A DNA stretch of 64,000 bases from Candidatus Eremiobacteria bacterium. GTDB lineage: Bacteria; Vulcanimicrobiota; Vulcanimicrobiia; Vulcanimicrobiales; Vulcanimicrobiaceae. This document shows, one piece after another, positions 1 through 9,144 of the stretch; positions within the stretch are counted from its first letter, which is position 1; every line of letters starts with the position of its first letter. The stretch lies in contig CAVWUU010000004.1 in NCBI GenBank assembly GCA_963758295.1, positions 1,184,001 through 1,248,000 on the forward strand, given 5' to 3'. The notes beneath the pieces are model-generated. The model searched no databases and was not told the DNA's origin. It saw only the letters and a program-made list of their open reading frames with translations. Made by a program: the position numbers and the translations under genes.

Positions 1-132
1 ATTGGGGAGAAACGCGAGCGCTACGCCGCCGACGACGAAGACAATGGGGTACGGGAGTCCGATGCGTTTGGCAATAACGCCGCCCGCCACGACTGCACTG
101 AGGATGATCAGGAGAAAAAGCGCAAACGTCAT
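1..132 (-). CDS. Na+/H+ antiporter (CPA1 family), N-terminal part; runs off the window edge
   Basis: Manual translation MTFALFLLIILSAVVAGGVIAKRIGLPYPIVFVVGGVALAFLPN resembles the CPA1 N-terminus (R.GLPYPI.LV.GG). ATG overlaps the cobU stop (ATGA). Confidence 0.75.
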   Translation of the reverse strand, partial: MTFALFLLIILSAVVAGGVIAKRIGLPYPIVFVVGGVALAFLPN

Positions 133-707
133 TCGATGCGGACGCCGCCGGCCAACAGATCTATGGCGAAGCCCGACACGACAAGATACACGCGCGCAGC
201 TCTTAGGGCGAGTCGCTGCTTAAGCCGTCCTAACACGTCGCGAAATAAGCGGCCGGAAGCCTCGATGGGAACGACGTCCCAGCCGGCTTCTTCCGCGACC
301 ACCAGCACGTCGGCTTCACTGCGTAACATCGCGTCGGCAAGTTCGGCGGCTTCGCGATCTAACGTGGCCTCGAAACCAACGTAGTCCCGGGCGAACGCAT
401 TGAGATCACGGCTCAACCGTGCCGCGAGCCACGTTCCGAGGGCGTCGACGATGAAGCAACGATCGGCGCCGGCGTTCATGAAGATCTTCAACAACTCGGT
501 GTGCGAGAGCGTTGCGGTTTCTATCGTCTCCCATTGCGCGGGGCGTTCGTTGAGATGCCGGCGTAGCCGTTGGGTCCACTCTGGATCGTCCGGATCGCGC
601 AAGGCGGTAGCAACGAACGTCACGGCACGGCCCGACTGCGCGGCGAGATTCGCGACGTGACGGCTCTTTCCGGACCGGACGGGGCCCGTAACGAGTGTCA
701 CCGGCAC
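129..707 (-). CDS. cobU: Adenosylcobinamide kinase / adenosylcobinamide-phosphate guanylyltransferase
   Basis: LVTGPVRSGKS P-loop, D.EW..R...H...RP..W.T.E, EEAGW.VVP, GRLFRD.LG; adjacent to B12 uptake genes. Confidence 0.93.
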   Translation of the reverse strand: MPVTLVTGPVRSGKSRHVANLAAQSGRAVTFVATALRDPDDPEWTQRLRRHLNERPAQWETIETATLSHTELLKIFMNAGADRCFIVDALGTWLAARLSRDLNAFARDYVGFEATLDREAAELADAMLRSEADVLVVAEEAGWDVVPIEASGRLFRDVLGRLKQRLALRAARVYLVVSGFAIDLLAGGVRIE

Positions 708-710
708 GCG

Positions 711-1409
711 TCAGAGCCCGTGCACGGCGTCCGTTTTGTGGAGAAAGCGCTTCGCGTCGTCGATCGGCAGCGCGAAGCCGATGGAACGTTCGTCATCGAA
801 ACGCGATTCAGCGACGCCAACGATTTCACCGTTGTCGGCCAGGAAAACCGGGCCGCCGCTTTCGCCGGGAACGATGGGCAACGTTACTTCGAGCGCGCCT
901 TTGCGCACCGACGAAAGCCGGCCGATATTTAGCGAGGTCGCGAGCCCAAGATCGTCGTCGGCGAACTCGTCGGGAATCGGATAGCCGAGCAGCCCCACCT
1001 CCCGGCCTAAATCGTCTGCAAGATCCGAAGAGACGCCGAGTTTTGCGACGCGGAGTTTCGGCGTTTGTACGCGCACCAGCGCTACGTCTAAATCTTTGTC
1101 GCTCGCAATGAGTTTGCCGGGAACGCGTTGTTTGTTGTCGACGGTAACTTTCATGTCCCATGCGCCGTCAATGGCGTGTTGAACGGTCAGCACGTCGCTG
1201 CCCCACGTTCCGCTCGCAACAACGGTTCCGCTTGCGTACGCTTCGTCGTACGCATCGCTCTTATGTTCGGGCGGCACTTTCATGGTTAGCAAAACGACGG
1301 ACGGACGCAACGCGCGCACGTTTCGAACGAATGAATCGTCCGGGTTGCGCGCGCAAGCACAAACGGTAAATAGGAGCGCTGTTATCAGCGCGAGGATGCG
1401 GAACGGCAT
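711..1409 (-). CDS. Exported trypsin-like serine protease without PDZ domain
   Basis: Signal/lipoprotein-like N-terminus; triad motifs LTVQH, DLDVAL, GESGGP. Confidence 0.85.
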   Translation of the reverse strand: MPFRILALITALLFTVCACARNPDDSFVRNVRALRPSVVLLTMKVPPEHKSDAYDEAYASGTVVASGTWGSDVLTVQHAIDGAWDMKVTVDNKQRVPGKLIASDKDLDVALVRVQTPKLRVAKLGVSSDLADDLGREVGLLGYPIPDEFADDDLGLATSLNIGRLSSVRKGALEVTLPIVPGESGGPVFLADNGEIVGVAESRFDDERSIGFALPIDDAKRFLHKTDAVHGL

Positions 1410-1430
1410 GGGATGCGACGGCGCTCTTCG

Positions 1431-2525
1431 CTACGAGACGGACACGGTCCGCCCGGCGATTGCATCGCGCAAGCTATCTAGGCCACGCCCGGTTTTTGCG
1501 CTGACGAAAAGCGCGTCGCTGATCGCCGGCAGCTCCCCTTCGGCGGCGTCCGTCTTGTTGAAAACGAGCAGGCGCGGCGCGCTGTCGAGGTCGAGTTCGT
1601 GCAAGATCGCGTCTACCGCAGTCCGCTGGCGCGGCCAGTCAGGATTCGACGCATCGAGCACGTGCACCAAAAGATCTGCTTCGCGCAACTCTTCCAAGGT
1701 AGCACGAAACGCGTTCACGAGGTCCTTCGGCAGATCGGTAATGAACCCGACCGTATCGGCGAGACGGATGTACCGTTGCGGACCGAGGTAGACCCGGCGC
1801 ACGGTGGGATCGAGCGTGGCAAAGGGCTGGTCGGCCACCAAGGCATCCGCGCGAGCAAGCGCATTCAACAGCGACGACTTCCCAACGTTTGTGTATCCGA
1901 CGAGAGCAACCAGCGGCTCGCGATGCGGCGCCGCCCGCCGTGTTCCACGTTGGCGTTGCACCTCTTCGAGTTGCTTTCGCAGCAAGCTTACGCGGTGCTG
2001 AATTCGCCGCCGGTCTACTTCAAGTTTCGTTTCGCCGGGGCCACGCGTTCCGATGCCGCCTCCCAATCGCGACAGATCGACACCGACGCCGATGAGATTC
2101 GACTGGCGATAGCGCAATTGTGCGAGTTCGACCTGGAGCTTGCCTTCGCGGCTGCGCGCGTGACGCGCAAAAACGTCCAAGATCAGCATCGTGCGATCGA
2201 CGATCGGCACGGATATCTGCCCTTCCAAATTTTTGCGCTGCCGCGGACGCAGATCGTTCAACACCAGCACTAAATCGGCGTCCAGGTCTTTCACGAGACG
2301 TCCGATCTCCGCGGCTTTACCGCTGCCCACGAGCATAGCAGGATCGACGCGATCGCGGCGTTGCACGACGGTCTCCACGATTTTCGCGCCCGCCGCTTCT
2401 GCGAGCGCTTGAAACTCGAGCAGCTCCGGTTCGAGCGGTCGCCGTTGATCTTCCGTATCGACGGCAACGACGATAGCGCGCTGATCCGCTACGTTCCCAG
2501 AGGTGTCAAACGTTCGATTAGCCAG
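1431..2525 (-). CDS. hflX: Ribosome-associated GTPase HflX; probable CTG start at 2525 (ORF track starts at GTG 2378)
   Basis: GGGIGTRGPGETKLEVDRR, GYTNVGKS, DTVGF, NKTD. Conserved-looking N-terminus (QRAIVVAV..EFQALAEAAGAKIV) lies in frame upstream of 2378. Confidence 0.93.
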   Translation of the reverse strand: MANRTFDTSGNVADQRAIVVAVDTEDQRRPLEPELLEFQALAEAAGAKIVETVVQRRDRVDPAMLVGSGKAAEIGRLVKDLDADLVLVLNDLRPRQRKNLEGQISVPIVDRTMLILDVFARHARSREGKLQVELAQLRYRQSNLIGVGVDLSRLGGGIGTRGPGETKLEVDRRRIQHRVSLLRKQLEEVQRQRGTRRAAPHREPLVALVGYTNVGKSSLLNALARADALVADQPFATLDPTVRRVYLGPQRYIRLADTVGFITDLPKDLVNAFRATLEELREADLLVHVLDASNPDWPRQRTAVDAILHELDLDSAPRLLVFNKTDAAEGELPAISDALFVSAKTGRGLDSLRDAIAGRTVSVS

Positions 2526-3340
2526 CGTAGTCCCTCATTGTAACGCGGTCCCGGGCGGTACAGCGCGTCGATGATTTTTGGATCGGTTATGATGAAGACG
2601 TGCCCTTCGCGTACCGCCCGTAAGCTCCGCCATGGCTCGCTTTGCAGTGCACCGGTCAGGTGCACTTCGCTCGTGCTGACGACGGCATCGGGTTGCGCGC
2701 GCACGAGCGCTTCGTCGCTGTACTCGCCCCACGGACGGGCCATATGCGCCGCGTTGGTTCCACCGGCGAGTTCAATCAAGCGCCCGATGTACGATGACGT
2801 GCCCACGGTCCAGATCGGCCCCGTGCCGAGCGCGAAAAACACCGATGGCCGGTGCGCGGGCTTCGCGGATCGCTCGAGCTTCGCGGATCGCTCGAGCTTC
2901 GCCGTTTCCCTTTGGAGTTTGGCGATTTCCTCGCGCGCTTCGGCACCTCGTCCGGAAAGATCGCCGAGCGTGCGCACTCCCGTGAAAATGTCGTCGTAGG
3001 AATCGTCGCGCACGAGAACGACGTTGACTCCGGCGCGGCGCAACGGTTCAAGCATGCGGTCCTGCGCGGGAATCGCGACGACGACGTCGGGATGCAAGGC
3101 GACGATTTTCTCCGCATCGACGCTCTGAAAATCCGCAACTCGGGCGACGGAGGGCGGCGCAACATCCGTGAATTGCGACACGCCGACGACGCGACTGCCG
3201 GCGCCGATGGCATAAAGATCTTCTGCGAGCGAGGGAACCAGCGCAACGAAACGGCGTTCCGCCGGCGGCGCTTGATGTAACGCCGGGGACGCGCAGCCGG
3301 CGAGTACGGCGAGCAGTAAAACAAGCAGAAGGACGCGCAT
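2489..3340 (-). CDS. btuF: Cobalamin-binding periplasmic lipoprotein (BtuF-like)
   Basis: Lipobox LAGC; R.VAL.PS..E.LYAIGAG..VVGV, EKIVALHPD, RPGPR; next to a cobalamin riboswitch. Confidence 0.85.
   Translation of the reverse strand: MRVLLLVLLLAVLAGCASPALHQAPPAERRFVALVPSLAEDLYAIGAGSRVVGVSQFTDVAPPSVARVADFQSVDAEKIVALHPDVVVAIPAQDRMLEPLRRAGVNVVLVRDDSYDDIFTGVRTLGDLSGRGAEAREEIAKLQRETAKLERSAKLERSAKPAHRPSVFFALGTGPIWTVGTSSYIGRLIELAGGTNAAHMARPWGEYSDEALVRAQPDAVVSTSEVHLTGALQSEPWRSLRAVREGHVFIITDPKIIDALYRPGPRYNEGLRWLIERLTPLGT
2860..2902. repeat. 18-bp in-frame tandem duplication (~2.3 copies) inside btuF
   Basis: cttcgcggatcgctcgag x2 + cttcgc; encodes AKLERS-AKLERS-AK. Confidence 0.9.
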
Positions 3341-3371
3341 GGGCAGGTGCGTTTCGCCGCGTTTGCCAATC

Positions 3372-3540
3372 TGGCCCGTTCAGGTTTGCGTGCGGGAAGC
3401 CGGTGAAAAGCCGGCACGGTCGCGCCACTGTAAGCGGGGAGCCGCGTCGCCGCCACTGCGGAGTTGAATCCACGGGAAGGCACGACGCACGAGCATTGCT
3501 CGGGTGATGATCCGCGAGTCAGGATACCCTCGCAAGCCTC
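3372..3540 (+). promoter_or_regulatory. Cobalamin riboswitch
   Basis: Core elements GGGAAgccGGTGaaAAgCCggcaCgGtcgcgCCACTGTAA, GCCACTG, GGGAAG and B12-box-like GAGtCAGGAtACC directly upstream of btuB; boundaries approximate. Confidence 0.93.
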
Positions 3541-3582
3541 TAACGCATAGACCATTCCTCGCGCCAAGGAAAGGACGTTCAG

Positions 3583-5508
3583 ATGGCTTCCCCGCTCGTT
3601 CTGCGCGCGCTCTGCGCCGCAGCGCTTTTCGCCGCACCCGCTCTTCCCGCTCTCGCGGATCCGCAAGCATCACCTTCCCCTTCACCGCTTCCCGAGATCA
3701 TGCACGTCGTCACGTCCGATCGATCCGACGAAACGCTGCACAACACGATCCGCTCGACGTATGTCGTAACGCAAGAACAAATTGCACGCGAGGGCTATCG
3801 TACGATCGGCGACGCGCTAGCGACGATGCCCGGCGTCGAAATCACGCGCTACGGCGCCGTCGGGCAAAACGTTTCGTACGGCATTCGCGGCAGCAGCTCG
3901 GCGCAAGTGCTCGTGCTCGTCGACGGCCGGCCGGCGCCCGGCGAATTTACGAATTCGGTGCAACTCGGAACGTTGTCGACCGCCGGCGTGCGCCGGATCG
4001 AAGTGGTGGAAGGCGGCGGCTCTACGCTTTACGGAACAGGCGCTATCGGCGGCATCATCAACGTGATCACCGACGCGCAGGATGCGCCGCCGGCCGCTAC
4101 GATTCGCTATGGGACGTTCGATGATCGCACAGTGCAGGCCCAAGCCTACGGATTGAGCTTTCAACGCATCGTAGCGAACAACGCCTATGCTTTACCGCCG
4201 AGCAACACCGCCGGCATGCCCAACACCGAAACGCGCGACAATAGCGACGACGAAACGACAAGCGTGCACTACGGCTTGGACCGTAAACTCGGTGCCGTCG
4301 AAGCAGCAGTACGCGGCGGTCTGGAAAGCGATCATTTGGGCGCTTCGGGCCTCTTCCCGTATTTATCACCGACAAGCCGCGAAGACGATGTCAATGCGAC
4401 GGCTTCGCTTACGTTCACGCTGCATCGCGCGCAATCTTCGGCGACACTTCAGCTTGGGGGAGATCGCCAACAGCTGGCTTTCAGTTGCGAATCCCTAACC
4501 GATTCTAATTGCTACTTTCAGGTTCCGGCGCTGAGCACCGAGGCGCGCACCGATTTGAGTTTGCGCAATGCGGTTACTTCAACGGACAATCGCCTGCTCT
4601 ACGGCATGGATGTCTCGCGCGGCGCGGTCCGGGAAGACGACGGAAATCCGCCGGACTCGATCACGGATGCGGCGCTCGCGCAAAGTGCAGCATACGTTCA
4701 AGAAACGCATGATTTCGCCGGAGGCGACTTTTACGCCGGCCTTCGCGGCGAACGCGACGGGGCGCTGGGCGGAGAATTCTCGCCCGCGGCCGGCATTCGC
4801 ACGCGCGTAGCCCGCAATCTGGAGTTAAGGCTCAACGCGGCATCCGCATTTCGCGCAGCCAACGCGAGCGAATTATACTTCCCCGGTTACGGCAATTCGA
4901 CGCTGCGCCCCGAAAGAGCGCAAGTCGGTGATCTCGCGCTGACCGATTCTCATGCCTTGGGCGGTGCAACGCTTGGGTGGTTCACGAATCGAACCAACGA
5001 TTTGATCGTGCCCGTGCAGTGCGGCCTGAGCGCGTCCGGGTGCGTGCCGGACAACAACGGTGTTTACCACCCTGTCAACATCGATCACGCACTGATGCAA
5101 GGGTTCACGCTCGACGCCCGCACGGTGCCGATGAACGGCATGACGCTCGGCGTAACGGTGACCGACCTCTATCACGCAGAGGACCTCGACGCTGCGACTC
5201 GCTTGCCGAATGACCCGGTGTTTAGCCTCGCGTTTAATCTCGGCATACGCGGACGCAACACCGGCATCTTCAATGATGGCGGGGTAACCCTTCGAGCGGT
5301 TGGAGCGCGCGGTATCGTTGACGCGACCCAGCCGCTCTTCTTTCAACCGGCGGCGTACTCGACGCTCGACGCATTCGCGCGCTTTCGCATCGCGCGCGGG
5401 ACGCTTCTGTCGCTGCGCGGCTATAACTTAGGCAACGAGCGGTACGCCGAAGTCGGCGGTTATCCAATGCCGGGCCGCACCTTCGCCGTAGAGCTTACCA
5501 CCAAGTAG
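3583..5508 (+). CDS. btuB: TonB-dependent cobalamin receptor
   Basis: Signal peptide; plug motifs IRGSSSAQVLVLVDGRP and IEVVEGGGSTLYG.GAIGGIINVIT; C-terminal YPMPGRTF; follows a cobalamin riboswitch. Confidence 0.88.
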   Translation: MASPLVLRALCAAALFAAPALPALADPQASPSPSPLPEIMHVVTSDRSDETLHNTIRSTYVVTQEQIAREGYRTIGDALATMPGVEITRYGAVGQNVSYGIRGSSSAQVLVLVDGRPAPGEFTNSVQLGTLSTAGVRRIEVVEGGGSTLYGTGAIGGIINVITDAQDAPPAATIRYGTFDDRTVQAQAYGLSFQRIVANNAYALPPSNTAGMPNTETRDNSDDETTSVHYGLDRKLGAVEAAVRGGLESDHLGASGLFPYLSPTSREDDVNATASLTFTLHRAQSSATLQLGGDRQQLAFSCESLTDSNCYFQVPALSTEARTDLSLRNAVTSTDNRLLYGMDVSRGAVREDDGNPPDSITDAALAQSAAYVQETHDFAGGDFYAGLRGERDGALGGEFSPAAGIRTRVARNLELRLNAASAFRAANASELYFPGYGNSTLRPERAQVGDLALTDSHALGGATLGWFTNRTNDLIVPVQCGLSASGCVPDNNGVYHPVNIDHALMQGFTLDARTVPMNGMTLGVTVTDLYHAEDLDAATRLPNDPVFSLAFNLGIRGRNTGIFNDGGVTLRAVGARGIVDATQPLFFQPAAYSTLDAFARFRIARGTLLSLRGYNLGNERYAEVGGYPMPGRTFAVELTTK

Positions 5509-5509
5509 C

Positions 5510-6493
5510 GTGACCGCCCGCGTAGCCGCACTGGCCTTCGTCGCGATCTTCGCAGCGGCGCTAAGTTTGCTCGCGGGCGGTTCTTTCATTTCCGCGCACG
5601 ACGTGTTCGCGACGCTGTTCCATCCGCGCGCCGACACCGGCGACGTTGCCACGATCGTTTGGCAGCTGCGCGTTCCCCGCGTTTGCATAGGCGCCGTCGT
5701 CGGCGCGGCGCTCGCTATTGCGGGCGCCTTGCTGCAAGGGATGTTGCGCAATCCGCTTGTGGATCCATATCTCACCGGCGTCAGCGCGGGCGCCGCCGCC
5801 GCCATTGCCATCGCAACGCTTGCCGGCACCGCGCCCGTTCTGCTGCCCGCGCTCGGGTTTGCGGCCGGATTGGGAACCGCGGTGCTCGTAGCCGCGCTTG
5901 CGCGTCGCGGCAGCGGCATCGATCCGAACCGGCTGATTCTCGCCGGCATCTCGCTTTCGGCGCTCTTCTCGGCCATCGTTGCTTTCGCAATCGCGCGAGC
6001 ACAATCGGCCGACTACGCGCAGCAGATTCTGGCCTGGCTCGCCGGGTCGATGGCGGGCCGCTCCTGGCGCGATTTGTTCTTCACGTTGCCGTACCTGATC
6101 GCCGGATGCGCGCTAGCGATGTTTGCCGTTTCGGCGCTGAACGCTTTGCGCATCGGCGACATCCGCGCGCGCAGCGTCGGCCTAGACGTCGATCGAGCGC
6201 AATGGACGATTCTTGCCGCGGCAGCCTTACTGACCGCTGTAGCGGTCGCGCTTGCCGGGATCATCGGCTTTGTCGGGTTGATCGTGCCGCATGTGGCGCG
6301 GCGAATCGTCGGCTCGGACGCACGCCTCCTGTTGCCTTCCTCGGCGCTGTGCGGCGCTGCTTTAACGGTTCTTTCCGACGCCGTGGCGCGAACGATCGTC
6401 GCGCCCTCCGAATTGCCGATCGGCGTGCTTCTCGCATTCATCGGCGTTCCCGCGTTTCTATATCTCTACTTACATCGCGAGCGCGCAGCATGA
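5510..6493 (+). CDS. btuC: FecCD/BtuC-family ABC permease
   Basis: LRVPR, LQGMLRNPLVDPYLTGVSAGA, GIIGFVGLIVPH, ELPIGV. Confidence 0.9.
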   Translation: MTARVAALAFVAIFAAALSLLAGGSFISAHDVFATLFHPRADTGDVATIVWQLRVPRVCIGAVVGAALAIAGALLQGMLRNPLVDPYLTGVSAGAAAAIAIATLAGTAPVLLPALGFAAGLGTAVLVAALARRGSGIDPNRLILAGISLSALFSAIVAFAIARAQSADYAQQILAWLAGSMAGRSWRDLFFTLPYLIAGCALAMFAVSALNALRIGDIRARSVGLDVDRAQWTILAAAALLTAVAVALAGIIGFVGLIVPHVARRIVGSDARLLLPSSALCGAALTVLSDAVARTIVAPSELPIGVLLAFIGVPAFLYLYLHRERAA

Positions 6494-7254
6494 TCGAGTT
6501 GCGCAACCTCACGATCGCCGCAGGCGATCGCCTTCTCCTAACAGATTTGAACGCACAAATCGGTGGCGGCGAGTTTGTCGCCGTGCTCGGTCCGAACGGC
6601 GTCGGCAAAACGACGCTTCTTCGAACGATCTGCGGGCTGCATCCGCCGCGCGAAGGCAGCGTGACGATCGATGGTCATCCCATCGAGAGCGCGTCGGCCC
6701 TGGCGCGCGCGCAGCGAATCGCCCTCGTTACCAGCGACGACGCACTTATCGACGCCCTCACGGTTCACGAAGTCGTCGCAATCGGTCGTTTCGCGCATCA
6801 CCGCTGGTGGCAGTGGAACGAACGCGTCGACGATGAAAGCGCCGTTGAGAAAGCGCTTCTCTCCGTCGGTATGAGCCAGTACTCCGGACGACTTTTCTCA
6901 ACGCTCTCCAGCGGCGAGCGGCAACGTGTCTGGATAGCGATGGGCGTGGCGCAGAGCACGCCGGTGCTGATTCTGGACGAACCGACGAGCCATTTGGACG
7001 TGCACGTGGCGCATACAATCCTAGCGCTCTTGCGGCGACTCGCGCGCGACGGAAAAACCGTGGTGTGCGTGCTGCACGATCTCAACGACGCGGCAGCGTA
7101 TGCCGATCGTTTGATGCTGCTTGGCTGCGGGAAACTTCTGGCGTTCGGTGCGCCGGCCGCGGTGTTGAAGCCCGGTCTCGTGGAAGAAGCCTACGGCATT
7201 GCGATGGAAACGATCGCGACGTCGCACGGCATTCGCATCTTTCCGGTGCCGTAG
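6490..7254 (+). CDS. btuD: Cobalamin/Fe-siderophore ABC ATPase
   Basis: GPNGVGKT, LSSGERQR, LDEPTSHLD, LHDLN; ATG at 6490 overlaps the btuC stop. Confidence 0.88.
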   Translation: MIELRNLTIAAGDRLLLTDLNAQIGGGEFVAVLGPNGVGKTTLLRTICGLHPPREGSVTIDGHPIESASALARAQRIALVTSDDALIDALTVHEVVAIGRFAHHRWWQWNERVDDESAVEKALLSVGMSQYSGRLFSTLSSGERQRVWIAMGVAQSTPVLILDEPTSHLDVHVAHTILALLRRLARDGKTVVCVLHDLNDAAAYADRLMLLGCGKLLAFGAPAAVLKPGLVEEAYGIAMETIATSHGIRIFPVP

Positions 7255-7256
7255 CT

Positions 7257-7658
7257 TCAGCGGTGCAGGTGCACCGTGCGATAGATTCCGCGAATGTCCG
7301 CGCCGAGCACCCAGCCGATTTTGCCTTTGAGCGGCCCGTTCATGATGACGATCCCTACCGCGTCGTCCGGCAGCGACGAATACTTCGACTGCACGAAGTT
7401 GCTCACACAACCTGACACGACGCCACGCGTGCCCGGAGGCGCGAGCAGTGCGTGCGGCAATAGCGCCTGCGCTTGGTCCCACGAACCGCCTTGATACTGG
7501 CGCATGCGGAAACGTGAATCCCAAACGAACACGTCGGGATCGTCGGTCGTGCCGTACAACACGACGTGATCGCCGTTGCGTAAGCGGCATTGCGCGTTCG
7601 CCGATGCCGTTGCAGCCGCTGCAAGAAGCAGCGCGAGCGCGACCTTAGCCCACTGCAT
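7257..7658 (-). CDS. Secreted hypothetical protein
   Basis: MQWAKVALALLLAAAATASANA signal peptide; overlaps the end of the upstream phosphatase gene. Confidence 0.7.
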   Translation of the reverse strand: MQWAKVALALLLAAAATASANAQCRLRNGDHVVLYGTTDDPDVFVWDSRFRMRQYQGGSWDQAQALLPHALLAPPGTRGVVSGCVSNFVQSKYSSLPDDAVGIVIMNGPLKGKIGWVLGADIRGIYRTVHLHR

Positions 7659-9069
7659 CGCGGTTCTCCGGATCGCGGACGCGAATGGCGAGGACGGCAA
7701 TGTCGTCCCGAGTACGGTTCCCGCCCAGCGCGCGCACTTGCGCTACGAGCTCGTCGGCAAGGAGCTGCGGCTGTTGCGAACTACGCTCGATCAGTTCCAT
7801 CGCGCCGGCTTCATGCAACTGCTCGCCCGCCCGGTTTCGTGCCTCGGTCAAGCCGTCGGTCGCGAGGACCAGCGTGTCGCTGTCCTCGAGGTAGAGCGTC
7901 CGGGTTTCGAAGGGCTCTTCCATCACGCCGAGCACCGGTCCGGTGACCGACAATTGCGAAACACCTGAAGAGCGTCGAAGGAAGGCCGAATCGTGCCCCG
8001 CGCTGGCATAGCGCAACTGCAACGTCTCCGTGTCCAGTACGGCGACGAACATGGAAACGAAAAGGTACGGGTTTCCAACCGTCTGTGCGAACGCCGTGTT
8101 GAATTCCGCGAGCATTGCGCCGGGATCGCGACGGCGCAACCCGATGCCGCGAATCGTGAACTTAATAAATGCCGTTAGGACGGCCGCATCGACGCCCTTA
8201 CCGCTGACGTCGGCAATCAAGATCAACGCGAGATTATCGGAAAGCCGGTAGACGTCGAAGACGTCGCCGCCCACGGCGAGATGGCTACTCGCCGAAAGAT
8301 ACGCGCTGCCTACTTCTGCGTTCGGCAAAGGGACGTGTTCGCTGCGGAACGCGCGCTGTAACGTTTCGGTGATGGTACGCTCTTCGGCAAGCTCGACGTC
8401 GGAGCGCGTTCTAAACGCGTTGAACAGAATCGCCAGCAAGCCGAAAATCAGCAGCCAGAACACGCGCCCGACGAGAGACCGATCGACTTGCTCTTGCGTA
8501 GAACGCGAAAGTCCGACGCCCGTTTCGGCAAGCGTCGTACGAATAGACGAGGTCGTCCGATCTTCGTAATCCGAGAAAAGTTTGTTTTCTTTGTCGATCT
8601 GCGCGACGTCTTTGCCCGGATGCGCGAGGAGCGGCTCGGCGATCTTTCGCCGCCAATTCGATTGCAACGCCGTGTAGTCGTCTAGAGCATTGGCGGACGC
8701 GGTCAACTTCTCGCGCCGGAGCGTCTCGTGCAGCGAACGTTCTTTGTCATCGAAACGCGCGGCGGCGTTCCGGTATTGGTCCAGGTAAAACGGGTCCCGC
8801 GTCAGCGTAAAACCGCGAACCGAGTTTTCTTCATCGATCTGCAGGCGCGAGAGTTCTTCGAGCGAGACCTGCGCCTGTTGGATGGTGGAAAGGCGCGCAA
8901 ACGTTGCCACCGTTCCCGTTCGGGTTTGGAATGCGCCCTGAACCGCAATGGCCACCGCAATCGCTAGGAACGCCGTAATGACCAGCGCTCCGGGGATGCG
9001 GTAGAACGGGACGCGCGATCTCACCGGGTCGACATACGTCGTACCGGCGCGTGCGCAAGCGAAACCCAC
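7645..9069 (-). CDS. SpoIIE/RsbU-family PP2C phosphatase with CHASE3-like sensor between two TM helices (start may be GTG 9024)
   Basis: VGGDVFD, ADVSGKG, YASAGH, TDGLTEARN, DDIAVL; DEENSVRGF.LT.D..YL..Y is CHASE3-like. Confidence 0.88.
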   Translation of the reverse strand: MGFACARAGTTYVDPVRSRVPFYRIPGALVITAFLAIAVAIAVQGAFQTRTGTVATFARLSTIQQAQVSLEELSRLQIDEENSVRGFTLTRDPFYLDQYRNAAARFDDKERSLHETLRREKLTASANALDDYTALQSNWRRKIAEPLLAHPGKDVAQIDKENKLFSDYEDRTTSSIRTTLAETGVGLSRSTQEQVDRSLVGRVFWLLIFGLLAILFNAFRTRSDVELAEERTITETLQRAFRSEHVPLPNAEVGSAYLSASSHLAVGGDVFDVYRLSDNLALILIADVSGKGVDAAVLTAFIKFTIRGIGLRRRDPGAMLAEFNTAFAQTVGNPYLFVSMFVAVLDTETLQLRYASAGHDSAFLRRSSGVSQLSVTGPVLGVMEEPFETRTLYLEDSDTLVLATDGLTEARNRAGEQLHEAGAMELIERSSQQPQLLADELVAQVRALGGNRTRDDIAVLAIRVRDPENRDAVG

Positions 9070-9144
9070 GAGAAGTGGGTATCAACGCTCCGTGTCAGTC
9101 GACTCCTAGGGGTCGCCATTTCCATCTCCGAACGTGAGTAAGCC

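Noticed and set aside
5659..6489. Long N-terminal extension of the btuD ORF (531 aa in the track)
   Set aside because: Off-frame overlap with btuC; the real start is the ATG at 6490. The same applies to extensions at 57607, 61462, 56146, 45613 and 38410.
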